Source: Nageia nagi
Lineage: Eukaryota > Plantae > Pinophyta
Reading direction: 5' to 3'
Assembly (NCBI GenBank): GCA_050084985.1
Contig: JBITNC010000001.1
Span: 185,504,001 to 185,568,000, forward strand
DNA length: 64,000 nt
A program made the position numbers and the translations under genes. The notes under the pieces were generated by a model, which saw only the letters and a list, made by a program, of their open reading frames with translations, made no database searches and was not told the DNA's origin. Each line of letters begins with the position of its first letter. Positions within the stretch are counted from its first letter, which is position 1. Below are positions 51,400-64,000 of this stretch, in pieces.

Positions 51400-52470
51400 A
51401 AAAATAATGAAGATCTCCCCCTGGATATTACCATGTCACCAACATAAGATCATTGAACCCATATGGAATAAACTATAATAAAATATTATAATTTTTAAGT
51501 CATAATACTACAAGTATGGAAAAAAATGGCATGATAACTAATACCATATTAAAATTTTAAGGGTATTTAGGTTGCAATGTTAGAAAACTACATTATCAGG
51601 CTATGATACCAATTGAAGAATTTGAATGATTATCAACTTTCAAGTGTTGATAAACAATGTAAAAAGCTACCAAAATTTTATTCTCTAAATAATCTCCTCA
51701 AGATGTGCTAAATTTTGATGATTCTCCAATGACATGGTAAACTTCTTTACTGACATGTTATATGAGAATATAGTGTTGTGAAGATTTACCTAGTCACTAA
51801 GATGAAACAAAATAAAATCTAAATATTTTAATATGATTAGATCTCAAATAGGTATTTATAATAATTACTCACATACCTCAAATAAAGCTATGGATCTCCA
51901 CCAATTTGCAATTGAATTTTGGATCACCAAACTACCAAAACTATGGTGACTAATTTAAATGTGGTTACTTGTTCATGAAGCTAAAATTTGGAAATATGTA
52001 ACTTGTAATATATGTTTGAAAATGTATTTCAATGATATTTATAATAGTGTATCATATCTATAAAATATATAAGTATAAATCTAATGAATTATATTTGAAG
52101 TTGAGTTCACCAAGATATTATTTGGTTACTAGACTAGAGTTATTCACCAATGACAGGGTCACCATCAAAATGACATAACTTTTATAATTATAGAATAATA
52201 TTTACAATGATTAAATACCCATAAAAATTAAATAAAAGTAACTTTATTGAAATTTATGAAAAGATAACTTAGTCACTATAGATTTCTACAATTGATAAGT
52301 TACACTTGGGGCAAAAATAATATTACGCAACTTTAGCGATTCTCAAAGGATATGCCAAGTGTTATATATGGTTGGAAAGGGGATAAAGGATAATTTATAA
52401 TTATTAAATAATAAAATCAAGAGTATGTAAAATATCTAGTTATTATTATGGATATGAAGGCATGCAAATT
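51400..52470 (-). mobile_element. LTR plus tRNA-Met PBS plus short leader, copy 2
   Basis: PBS at 51600-51611 and LTR end at 51614; shared blocks such as ctccaatgacatgg..gagaatatagtgttgtgaagatt and caaactaccaaaactatggtga. Confidence 0.7.
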
Positions 52471-52499
52471 TGGGTACATGAAGATATGTTAATGCTTAT

Positions 52500-55400
52500 G
52501 CAGGTACATAAAGGCATTTGGAGCTATAAAGACATCAAGTATCCTTTTGTAGTTTAGATTTTATTTTCTTGTATGTGCATGTAGTTGAATGTAGGTTAAA
52601 ATCATCCTAGGTTTTTTATAATTTATATTTTTATCAATGATTTTAGCATTTGAACATGTATCATTAACATAGAGCATATATATTTGACATGCATAAACAT
52701 ATTATTGTAGATCCATAACATGCACAAGCATTGCAACATAAATATTTAGCATGCCTAGCATTTTAACCAAAAAGTAAATAAAAATCAAGCATATTAGCAT
52801 CATCATAAAATATCATTTTGTATTAGGCATAACACTATTTTTTATCATGCATGTGATTATGAACAAGGGGGTTTACATTTCCCTCTAGATAGGGTTTACC
52901 CTATTGGCTCATATCCAAGGTCTCAAGGACTTGGATATTTGGAGTTCCCTACTAACATTTTGTGCATGTGGATGTTATATATTGAAAAGGAAAAGATCAT
53001 AAAAATAGATAAACTCTCCATCATTCTTTTTATTGTGTACCTCCTGTATCTTCAATATAGGGAATTCTAGGTAGAAATAGGGTACTATAAGATGTCAATC
53101 ATGGTGGGATGTCTTTGTTCTTGAGGAAACAAAAATTGGGAGAAGATCATTAAAACTAACTTTATTTTTGTTATTTTCATTTTTTGAACTTTCTTAAGCT
53201 TTATTTTAACATTTTTAGGTACTAGTATGTTTCTATATTTTGTAGGAGTTTGAAGATACAATATCCACAAAGAAAATATGGATGTTTTAGACATCCAATC
53301 ATCATCAAATAAAAAACAATTTGCATTAGACTAGATAGAACCTACAAATCAATACCCTAAAGGTTGATTAGACCCTATTTTATCCTCTATAGGTTGATGA
53401 TCAAACCCCACTTGATCCTTTATAGGTTGATCAAACCCTAATTGACACTCTATAGGCCAATCAATCCCTTCAAGTTGGGCATTAAAAGGTCAATCAATAT
53501 TATTTCTATATTTTTAATGGTTTCTTATTATTTTACATTAGGATTTTCCATTTTATATTAGAGAGTCTATAGTAGGAAATTATAATCTATTTCTAGTTTA
53601 CATGTATGATTTTGTCCACTTTTCATAGGTGTTTATCTTTAATGTTATCATATTTTGAGTTTCTCTAGGTACCACTAAGACCACCTAGTTGACTAGTTTA
53701 TTGAACTACTAATTGGTACTACAAATTGATCCTTAGAAGACCAGTTAGGATCAAAGCATGTAATAACTCATCTATAGCAATTTTGATCACACTCACTTAG
53801 TGCTAGATATCTAGGTCAATTTTATTATTTCTTGTATTTTTAGTTGGAATTTATTTGATTTTTATTATTTGTTGTGTGCATCATAGGATTTTATCTTAAT
53901 ATTTCTACATTATTATTAAACTAAAAGAAATAAACAATTAGAAAAAATATCATTTTGGGTGGGAGTGCTTGCATTTTCTCATAAAGGGTAATTTTACATT
54001 CATGTAATTGCATTATCATATTTTTATTTCAACATTGCATTAATCACATAGTGAGCTGAGATTTTTATAAGGGCATGTGGACCTTTCTTCCTATGGCCTC
54101 ACCCACACTTGGAGGTCATTGCCAAGATGGGCCACTTGAATTTATCCTTTAACAATTCACACCCCTAGAGATTGAGCCTTTACCTTAAAATACTTGATTA
54201 GATTTATATAGGAAAATTAGACAAGAATTCAATTTACCATTAAAAGAAATCATTATTAGTCAAGATAAGAGGCCAATTAAAGAAACAAGCTATTAAAATA
54301 AGATAAATCACTATTTTTATCTTTGTTATTTTTTGTCTTTGATCATACAAGACTAATTTATCATCATATAGGGTATTTATGAATTAACTGTGTATTCACT
54401 AAGTAAGAGCATAACAACACTCTAAGTTACGTGTTTATTTGCTTTTATTGATTGACATTACTGGGATAATTTGCATGCTTTCATAATTGAGAAATGGATG
54501 ATATTTATGTTAATTTAGCTTAAGAGTAAAAGATAGAGAAAAAAAATTATGGAATAAGGAAATAAAAATTATAAACCTCAACCTTCTCCTAAGAAAATTA
54601 AACCTAGCTTGAACATTAATCCCTTGTTTGAAGGTCCTAGCCATTCATCCCAATATTTCATTGGTTTACAAGAAATTTTTATGAATGATCCTATTGTTCA
54701 ATTATATTTTGAAAAATTTAAGGCTAGATAATGTAGTCCATATTATAATAAAATTGATGAGCCTTCTTATCATGAACTTCAACATGTTGATTCATCTCAT
54801 TATCATGAATTGGATTTTATTAACTATAAAGAATCTTGTCCTTATTAATCAATGATGGCTCATTTGGATCCTTTTCCTTCATATAAAGAGCAATAAGAGC
54901 CACCAAGTTTATCTCATAATTTGATTTAACATGTTGATCCTTAATTTTTTACCACTTCACCAATTGTTGTAACAAATCAAATTTCAAATAAACTAATGCA
55001 AGAAATGGTTTCACAAGATCCCTAAGCTACATCATTGGTAATAGCATAACCTATAAATGTTAATAATGGATATATATAATATCATCACACTAAATAAATT
55101 ATGCCTTTTAGTTCTCCTCCTATTGTTAAGAAAATATTTTATAATCAAGGTACATCACATGGTTTATGGCTACATCCTAATCTCAAGCCTTTTAGGATCC
55201 CTAAATAAAATTAAATTCAACCTTAAATAAGTCACTCATGTTGGAAAACATAACCTTTATTATCAATTAAAATAACATGATCCAAATAAAACACAAAGAA
55301 AGTTTGATCAACTAGATCCTTAAACTATTACAAATCAACCTTATCAAGCTCAACCTTTTCAAGATGTTTTGGATCAACCATAATATCAACCTCAAGGACA

Positions 55401-55535
55401 CATCAATCAAATTAATCATACAAAAAATAAATCTTAAATAGTGCAAAGTCAATTTATTCCCAATCAAACATAGAGTCAACATTTGGGATAAATCATGCAA
55501 TAAGGATATCAATCAACATATCAAGTGCAAAGTAT
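52500..55535 (+). mobile_element. Probable gypsy LTR/leader and decayed gag N-terminus, interrupted by the downstream element
   Basis: LTR-like composition, ~22 bp tandem motifs at 53340-53490 and a Pro/Asn/Gln-rich broken frame from ~54600 (NINPLFEGPS); no conserved domain recognised. Confidence 0.35.
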
Positions 55536-56344
55536 TGATATGTATTTTGGTACACCTAGGATTACCTCCAAATGAAATAAAAACATATATAAATTTAATT
55601 GTATGATAAACCTAAGATAATTAACTTAGATAAACATACATGAATAAGGGAATCTAATAGTGCAGTAATAGTAAAACAAAATTATAATGATTTCAAGATG
55701 TAAAATGCAACTACATGCACTAAAGAGAAAAAAATCAAGTGAAAGATAAATACTTGTGTGTTCTTACTTGTGTCAAGGTAGATGATATGATGTATGAACT
55801 TATCAAAGAATGGTGACCTTGCTATATGAACCCGAAGTCCAAATGTAGAAGAAACACTAGTATGAGTGCTAGTATTAGAGAGCTTAGCATGGGCATAAAC
55901 CTCAACATAGGAGCTAATGATCCTAAAGAATGAGGTTTGCTAATAAAATTCAATGCTAAGAGATATGATGATAAATCAAACTAAACATATGATTTCAAAA
56001 GTGGATGATAGATACTTCATCAAGTGATAACAAGATTCCAATATCAATATGAAACATATAGTAACACCTAAGTGTAGGGTACCAGATATCAAGATGTAAT
56101 CTTGACATGCTTTCTATAGGTTAGAGATATTTACATGTATATCAGGTGTGATTCACCATTTGACCTCTTATGTGAAGGTAGCAGTTGACTCAATGTACCT
56201 AACATAAAACATAAGAACACAACCTAATAAATATGAAATAATAAGGTAAAATATGATTAAATATGACTAAATATGACTAATATATACAATATGTAAGTTA
56301 CACCTAAGTGGGACCATATTAAGGGGACCACTTTTTAGGTATCA
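55536..56344 (-). repeat. 3' LTR (809 bp, TGATA...TATCA)
   Basis: Perfect 5 bp terminal inverted repeat, directly after the PPT. Confidence 0.85.
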
Positions 56345-56349
56345 ATAAA

Positions 56350-56360
56350 TTCCCCCCTTT
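56350..56360 (-). promoter_or_regulatory. Polypurine tract
   Basis: AAAGGGGGGAA 5 bp before the LTR TG on the minus strand. Confidence 0.88.
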
Positions 56361-57849
56361 GTAAGTATAATTAAATTAAATCTTAACATAAAATTATGCT
56401 TGTAAAGGAAGTAAAAGTAAAGATAAGAAAAAAATGATACTTTCCTGGTTTAGTTGTCCATATCACCAAGGATTTGATGATGTATATTACCTCCTCTTTT
56501 CCTTAGTTGTGAGATGTAATGGCTTGCATGTAGTAGAATCAACCAAGAGCAAAGAATGAAACTAGAAATGAGAGGTAAATACTTCCAAGCACATATATGA
56601 TTATTAACTCATAAAATATATAATAATAAATAGTAGGAGAGAACATCATAGTAGTTCATTAAATGATATAACAATAATGGATCAATGATAAAATGAATAT
56701 AATATGCACACATCATCTTGAGAATACTAAATACAAAAATACTTAATATTTCATTCTTATATGCATACATAAGAAATTATGATAAAAGGTGTATCCACAT
56801 CATCATGGGGTACATGCCCCATTCTTAGATGGAACACATGCAATCAAAACCATATATGTTAACATATTTCATTAGGTACATGTACCATTATTAGATGCAA
56901 CTTATGAATCAAGCAAGAATAATATGATAACATTTAGTTGGAACCCAACTAACAAAGGTGACTCAAAGATGGAGGTTAGTTAAGACCTAACCAACAAAGG
57001 TGACTTAGAGACATGGATGGTTTGAATATTTCCCATCCATGCTACATGATATGCTAATCATCATGAGGTACATGCCCCATTCCTAGGTTTGATTAAAGGA
57101 TGATTGGTTTGAATATTTCCCAATCATGCATGATTATAGTACCAGTGATAATGTGACCATTATATTGAAGATTAGTTTAGTCCTAATATTAATTCTAACC
57201 TAAAAGAAATGGTTGGTTTAGTCCCAACCATAGGATAAAAAATAGTGATGGTTGTTTAATGTACACCCAACGAGGACATGGTTTGCTAAGCATGGTAGCA
57301 AAATATTGAAATGATTAAACAATGATCACAAATGCATAGGTAATAGAGTATAAAACAATACCTACACTTAACTTTAACAAATGATTTGATTGGATGCAAG
57401 AATACTAGTGTGGGCATAGAGCCTTGCATGGAATTATACCTAACAAATTTTCTACCACTAAGGTATCATATAGCTAATATGGTTGGCCTATTTGTGATGA
57501 TTGAAATTTGTATAGGATTGGTCATGACATTGTCTACACAACTACTTATATGGATGTTGTTGGTTATGAGAATGAAAATTAACTGATGAAACTTTAAAGA
57601 TGACATATTGGTTATTTGACTTGACTATGAATATTTAACCATGTGATTTTGGTTGGAACTTGAAATATACTAAGAACATGAGTGTGGGTGCTGGAATGAT
57701 TAAGGATTTTGACATAAAAAGTTAGCATGAACACTAGCTCAACAAAATGAGAATGGAACTAGGATTGTGATACCTAACTTTTGTACTGATGAATGACCAA
57801 AGGATGACCTATGAAACATGTGTGATGTGCTTTTGTCATGCATAAAGGG

Positions 57850-59000
57850 CTTTACATGATTTAAGTTGGTTAATAATTTGTCAAATTTCCCCTCAACTAT
57901 TGCCAACCTATAGATATTATTTGGATACTTTATCTTGATGATGTATAGACCAATCCAACTAGTATTAAATTTAATTTTATCTTACTTATCAGCCTATGAC
58001 TTGTGATGATTCTCCTTAAGCACTAGATCACCCACTTGAAATTCACATGGTATAATCTTTTTGGCATGTTCTTTCTTTGCTCTTTTATGATAAGCTCTAA
58101 GATGTTCCAAGGCATGGATTCTCTTTTTGTCCAATACTTCTAGCTATCTTAGTCTTTCTTTTCACTACTCCTCCCAATCAATTACATCTTCTAGGGATAC
58201 CCTTAATGATTTTATCTCCACTTATAATGGTAATATTACCTCATATCTATAGACTAGTGAAAATGGAGTACACCATGTAGTTGATCTGATTCTTATTCTA
58301 TATGCCCATAAGGCATATATAAATTATGAATACTAATCTTTATGATTATTCTTGACTATCTTGCATAGAATGTTAACAATTATCTTATTATTTAGTTTAG
58401 CTTTTCCATTGCCTTGTGGACAGTAAGTTGATGAGAATCTTTGATTGATCTTGAATCCTTTACAAAATTAGTTGAATTGCTTGCTTGTGAAGTTATTTCC
58501 ATTTTTCATGATGACATGAGATGGAATACCAAATCTGGCAATGATGTTTTTAGTCATGAATTTCACAATTTGAGGACCTTTGGAAGATCTTAAAGGTACA
58601 ACTTCAGTCCACTTTGTGAAGTATGCTATAACAACTAGGATTAATTTATGTCTCTTAGAAGATTTGGGATTAATAACACCAATTACATACAAGGCCCAAA
58701 TAGAAAAAGGACAAGATGATATCATTGTTGTTAATTCACTAAAAGGAGCTTGTTTTAAGTTAGCATGCTTTTGACATTTTGCACATTTTTGAACATGTAA
58801 AATGCAATTTTTTTCCATGGATGGATAATAATATCCTAGTCTTATGATCTTATGATAAATGGATTTAACATTAAAATGACCTTTGTTTATGCTATCATGT
58901 ACTTTTTTCATAGCCTTATTTACTTCAATTTCATTTAATATAGCTAAGAAAAGTACCATAAAATGATCTTTTGTGAAGAATATCTCCAACAAGGACATAC
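57850..59000 (-). pseudogene. Integrase remnant
   Basis: ORF 58468-58998 with HHCC and core motifs; YCPQGNGKA; GDLVL. Confidence 0.93.
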
Positions 59001-59269
59001 TTTGTAGCCATGCATTTTAGCATTTTCTTGAAGAAATTGGATTGACATGAATTTGGAATCTTTCCTTTCTTGAGGTAGTTGTAGTTATTAGCATAACATG
59101 CATGTAATAGAAGGATAACACATATATATGGTTCCTTCTTAAATAACCCTTGGAATTGATCATCATCTACAAAGGAGGAATGTCTAAGGATCTCAATTTT
59201 GATTATGGTTTCCTCATCTTCAACTGAGATAAGTGTTAGCGAAGAATCATTAACCATAACATATACAAA

Positions 59270-59625
59270 TCTATTATTATTCCTTGAGATATTATCAAAC
59301 TAAATATGTATTAAATACCTTTGAATAATTTCATCCACTAAGTGCTTATAAGGTTGTAAATTCTCATATTTGGTGCTATAAGTATCATTGATTTAATTAA
59401 TGATAAGTTGTGAGTCATCATAAACTTTTAGCTTGTTAATTTGAAGATTGATTGTTACTTTTAAACCCAAAACTAAAGCTTCATACTCATCCACATTATT
59501 TTTGCATTTGAAAGTTAACTTGTAAGCCATGGGAATCATACCACCTTTAGGAGATACTAGCATAATTCTTGCCTTAGCTCCTTGCAAACATTTAGAGTCA
59601 TTAAAGAATAGTGTCCAAGTATTAT
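59270..59625 (-). pseudogene. Additional RNase H (aRH) remnant between RH and INT
   Basis: WTLFFNDS..GAKARIMLVSPKG..CKNNVDEYEALVLGL..VYDDSQLIIN. Confidence 0.9.
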
Positions 59626-59699
59626 CTTTACACTAATCAACCAGTGCCATAATCTCATTTGTATTACTATTTTCATCACATGGTCCTACTACAAGCATA

Positions 59700-61120
59700 T
59701 CAGCCATAACCTACCCTTTGATTACTTTTTTTCTTATGTAAAGAAGATCAAAATCTTGGATATCCATAATCCATTTGGTTTATCTTCATTGTAAATGTGG
59801 TTTTGAGAGCAAATACCATAATGAATTAGCTTGAACCATAATGAAGGTAGTTTTGGTGATCATGTAATACCTTAATTTATGAGTGGTGTAGGCTATGACA
59901 TAACACAACTTCTCAATAAGTGTATAGTTAATTTTTGCATTCTATAGTGTCTTAAATAGGTAGTATACAAACCTTTCCTTGCTTTTACTATAAATTTACA
60001 AAAGGATTATCACAATAGCATTAGATATGGTTGAGATGTATATATATAGTGGCTTGGTGAGATTAAATAGCTATAAGATAAGAGGGTAAATCAAGTAACT
60101 TTTGATATCCTCAAAGGATTTCTAACACTTTATCCATACAGAATAATTTCCCTTTTTGAGGAAGTAGGAAAATGGAGCTATTTTATTTGCTAACTAAGCC
60201 ATGAACCTATTTATTTATTGTAACTTCCCTTTAAGAATTATAAGTTGTCTAATATTTCTAGGTGGAGGCATGTCCATGGTGTCTTTGACCTTCTTACGAT
60301 TTATCTCTATGGCTCTTCAGGATACTATGTATCCAAGCAACTTAACACTAGAAACCCCATTTTAGGGTTTAAATTTAGGTTGAATTACCTCATCCTTTTG
60401 AAAATGACTCTCAAATTGTCTAAATGATTTTCCTTTTTAGGATACTTGACAAGAATATCATCAACATAAACTTTAACTAATTTGTGAATAACGTCATGAA
60501 ACATTGTTACCATTGCTCTTTAGTATATTTCACCTACATTTTTGAGACCAAAGGGTATGACCACCTAGAAAAATGTTCCCCAAGGTGTAGTAAAAGCTAT
60601 CTTGTGTTTATCCTCTTGATTGATTTTGATTTGGTTGAATCCTATAAAGCCATCCATAAATGATAACATCTCATGTCTTGCTATAGAATCCATCATTTTG
60701 TTAATGTGTGGCAATGGAAAGTTGTCCTTTAGACAAGCCTTATTGAAATCACTAAAATCTATGCAACATATAATTTATCCATTTGGTTTTATAGATGTAA
60801 CAATGTTGGCTAACCAAGGTGAGTATTCAATATGCTTAATGAATCTTGCTTTATGTTATTTTTCAATCACTTTCTTGAGTAGCAAAGATTGCTTTGGATG
60901 CATTGGTATTATTTTCTATTGTACAAGCTTTTATCCTTCCTATACTATCAAATTATGACTTATAAAGGTTGGATATGGACCCATCATGTCATTGTATTCC
61001 CAATCAAACTTGTCCTTAAACACTATCAAGAACTAATGATACATTTGCTTATCATCCCTAATGATTCCTATTCTAATATGAATAATCTTTAGCACCTCTT
61101 TTGTACCAATATTGATCTAA
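59700..61120 (-). pseudogene. RT plus gypsy RNase H remnant
   Basis: WLANIV; DFSDFNKACLKDNFPLP; FTTPWGTF; PFGLKNVG; YVDDILV; NYTLIEKLC. Confidence 0.93.
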
Positions 61121-64000
61121 ATAGGAGGCTCATTCAACCATGGTATTTTGTCACTAGGTTGAGATAGATTAAGCAATACCCCCATTCCTACTATGACATG
61201 AGAGCAAGAATGTCACACATACACACACACATACCCCTAGCTAACTAGCCTACTCTATGGAATGAAAAAAGAAGGAAAGATAGTGTAATAGAGAAAAACC
61301 TTTTATGTACCCCATATCCTCTCTAAAATAGGCATCAAGATGATAAGCAACCTTGCCTTACCTCTTAGGATGGAATGATTTGAACTCTGATCATGCCCCC
61401 AACATGTTTAAGATTACATCATCCATTTTGACCACATTAAAAGACCTAGAAAATATCTTAGAAAGCATTGGATAAGCATAATCATGATATATTTTGGCTA
61501 CATAGATGCTAGGATTAGCATGGGTGCAGATGTTAGTGCATACATTAGAGCTAGCATGAGTGCTAATCTTCTTGGAAGATTTTCCATTAATTTTTGAGGA
61601 TACCTCAACCATATTAAATAATGGAAACTCTGATTCTATTTTGGACTAATCATCACTACTATAGGAGATTAATTCTTTTTGATTTTCCTTTATGCCTAGT
61701 TCACTCTTACCTTCATTTGAGTCTAACATTTTTTAGAGGCAACCCTTTAATTACTTATTCATCCTTTCTAAGGCCTTTACCTTTATACCTTTTGGATTCC
61801 ATGTACTATGGTATCAAGGGTGCATGCCATCTCATTTTTGTAATTTTCTTGTTGACCTTTACAAATGTTGCCACCTTATTATTATCTGTATCTAATTCTA
61901 ACTCTAATTTGTAGGTATCTATATTGTATGCAATAATGGGATAATGCAAGCATTGAGATGAGCAAGCACTGATGTTGGCATGAACATTGATTGTCTTAAA
62001 CTTTTTGATGTTTTTCCAATTGATTAATATCTTCTTCTATCACCTTATGACTAATGACATATGTACAAACACCTATTTCTTTGTATAACTACATAGTATC
62101 CTTTTCTTCTTCATATTCCTTACTATTGTCATCATTTTACTCATGAATTTTGATATTTTGGTATGGGAGTATGGTGTTCCTAACTTATGCAATAATGTTT
62201 GGATTCTCATCCACTTCTTCCACTACATATTCCTATCCATCATGATTAAATTTGATTAATTTATGTAATGTAAACAATACGCACCTTATAGGATGTATCC
62301 ATGGTTTCCCTAGAAGGATGTCATAAAGAAGCTTTGTATCTAGAACATAGGTCAAATGTCCCATTGTATTTGGTCCCAATTGAATAGGTATAATGATATG
62401 TCCAACACATGCTTTCTCTCACTATCATAACCTATGATCTTGTACTTACTTCATAGAAATTTTGGCATAAATTTATCCCTAAATATTTTAATGAAATAAA
62501 TAGAATAAATGTTCAAACCTGGACCATTATCTACAAATGCATGATTGAGTATTTTTCCTAGTAGCTTTACATATATATGAATTGGCAAGCATTTTCAATG
62601 ATATCATCATTGGGAATTTCATCATTAGTAAATGTGATTGCATTCTTGAAGAAAATTATCATTCCCACCAAAGATCTAGTAGAAATATTTATGTCAACAT
62701 CAATGACACTAAGAAGCTCAAACAATGCTAGCTTATGCTCTTCATAGGTCTCAAATAACGCAAGTAAACTTATTTTATAATTTGCATTTTTAATATTTTG
62801 TAATATGTTCTTTTTGCATTTATCCTTATTCTTTTGTTGAAGAGAATATGTATGAGGTACCTCTTTTGAAGAAGAAATTGGGTTAGGAATACCTTTCTTT
62901 GACCTTGTGGAAGCATTGCATGTTTGTTCCAATTTTGGACCTATATTTGAATATACCTTTAAATTAATTCATCATCAAACTCAATAGGTTCACTATTATC
63001 ATCATAAATAATTATACTGACCTTGTTAACTGAAGGTAAATCTTGATTTTTGACTTTGAGCATATTATTTTCATATGAGACTATACCACTATCCAACAAG
63101 TATTTTAATTTCTTCCTTAGAACATAGCAACCTATTGCATTATGTCCTTTGATTTCATGATATTTGTAAAATTGATTTTCCCTATACTAATGAGGATTCT
63201 CATCATTAGGTCCATATTCTTTTCCTTGAATTTATTTGATTAAACCCATGTCTAAATAATCTTCAAACATTTGGATACATGTAATGGATACACATATTTG
63301 GATAATTTTCTATCCTTAGGTTTTTCTTGATGAGTTGGCTCAACAAAATTGATTGAATTAGCATCATTTTTGTTATAGGGATTCCTACCATTATCTTTGT
63401 TTGGGGAGGATGATGTATACTTGAGAAAACTAGATCTTACTAAGAATTCTTCTTTCTCAATAAGCAGATGAACCATATGCATAAATGAATCATTAACATG
63501 CTCAAGACCTTTTCCACTAATAATAGGATGAATTTTTTCAAGGAATATATTTTCAATGAAGCTTTCTTCCACCCTTTTTTCAATATATATCCAAAGCTTT
63601 ATGAATCGAGGAGCAAATGTATCTAACCTCTTCATTTGGCCTTACCTATAATAGATCAAGTTTATCAAATCTATTGGTTTCTTTACATCACATATAAAGT
63701 GAGATTTGAAATGATACTTAAACTACTAATAATATGTTATATAACCTAGTTCCAAGCTATGAAACCACTTTCAAGGTTCTCTGATTAAACTCATGAGAAA
63801 ATATTTTTCTTTTAAGTTCTCATTGATACCACACTTAAGCTCTATAATATATTCAAAACCTTGAATATGAGTAATAGGATTGGTTCACCATTATTTTTTT
63901 TGAAATTAGGATCCTTATCTATATCAACAAGGAGTATATTGCAAATATCCATGCTCAATGGGTTACCCTTATTTTCTATTCAATCTAGATGAACCTTGAA

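Larger units (their letters stand above)
55536..64000 (-). mobile_element. Degenerate Ty3/gypsy Tat/Ogre-type retrotransposon (gag-PR-RT-RH-aRH-INT-3' UTR-PPT-LTR); 5' end beyond the window
   Basis: gag (63.1-63.9 kb, FYKYHEIKGHNAIGC); PR AFVDNGPGLNI (~62530); RT KDNFPLPHI, MDGFIGFNQI, VYVDD; RH; aRH; INT GHF..CAKCQ..W.L.VIG..YFTKWTE. Confidence 0.94.

Overview
This is AT-rich eukaryotic nuclear DNA with very few CpG dinucleotides, and it reads as an old, mutationally decayed plant transposon landscape. A conifer or other gymnosperm host is my inference from the PPR and retroelement types; I cannot prove it. I see no intact gene, RNA gene or CRISPR array. Contents: (1) a minus-strand Ty3/gypsy Tat-type element with order gag-PR-aRH-RT-RH-INT (1-6.1 kb); (2) two homologous, unannotated long accessory ORF remnants, each behind its own TATA promoter (6.1-9.2 and 11-15.4 kb), plus two more fragments of that family inside a ~3 kb tandem duplication (24.9-30.9 kb); (3) several Ty1/copia remnants and LTRs; (4) a plus-strand Athila-like pol whose RNase H 'WxLLLQEF' codons have expanded into a ~560 bp (CTA/CCA)n microsatellite; (5) scrambled PLS-E/DYW PPR pseudogenes on both strands; (6) a candidate ~1.9 kb non-autonomous TIR transposon carrying NLR-like and PPR fragments; (7) a second Tat/Ogre-type element with order PR-RT-RH-aRH-INT, a clean 3' LTR and PPT, and a candidate PR-RT intron (55.5-64 kb). 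The best novelty candidates are the accessory-ORF cassette, the Pack-like element and the codon-born microsatellite. All translations and alignments were done by eye, so boundaries are approximate.
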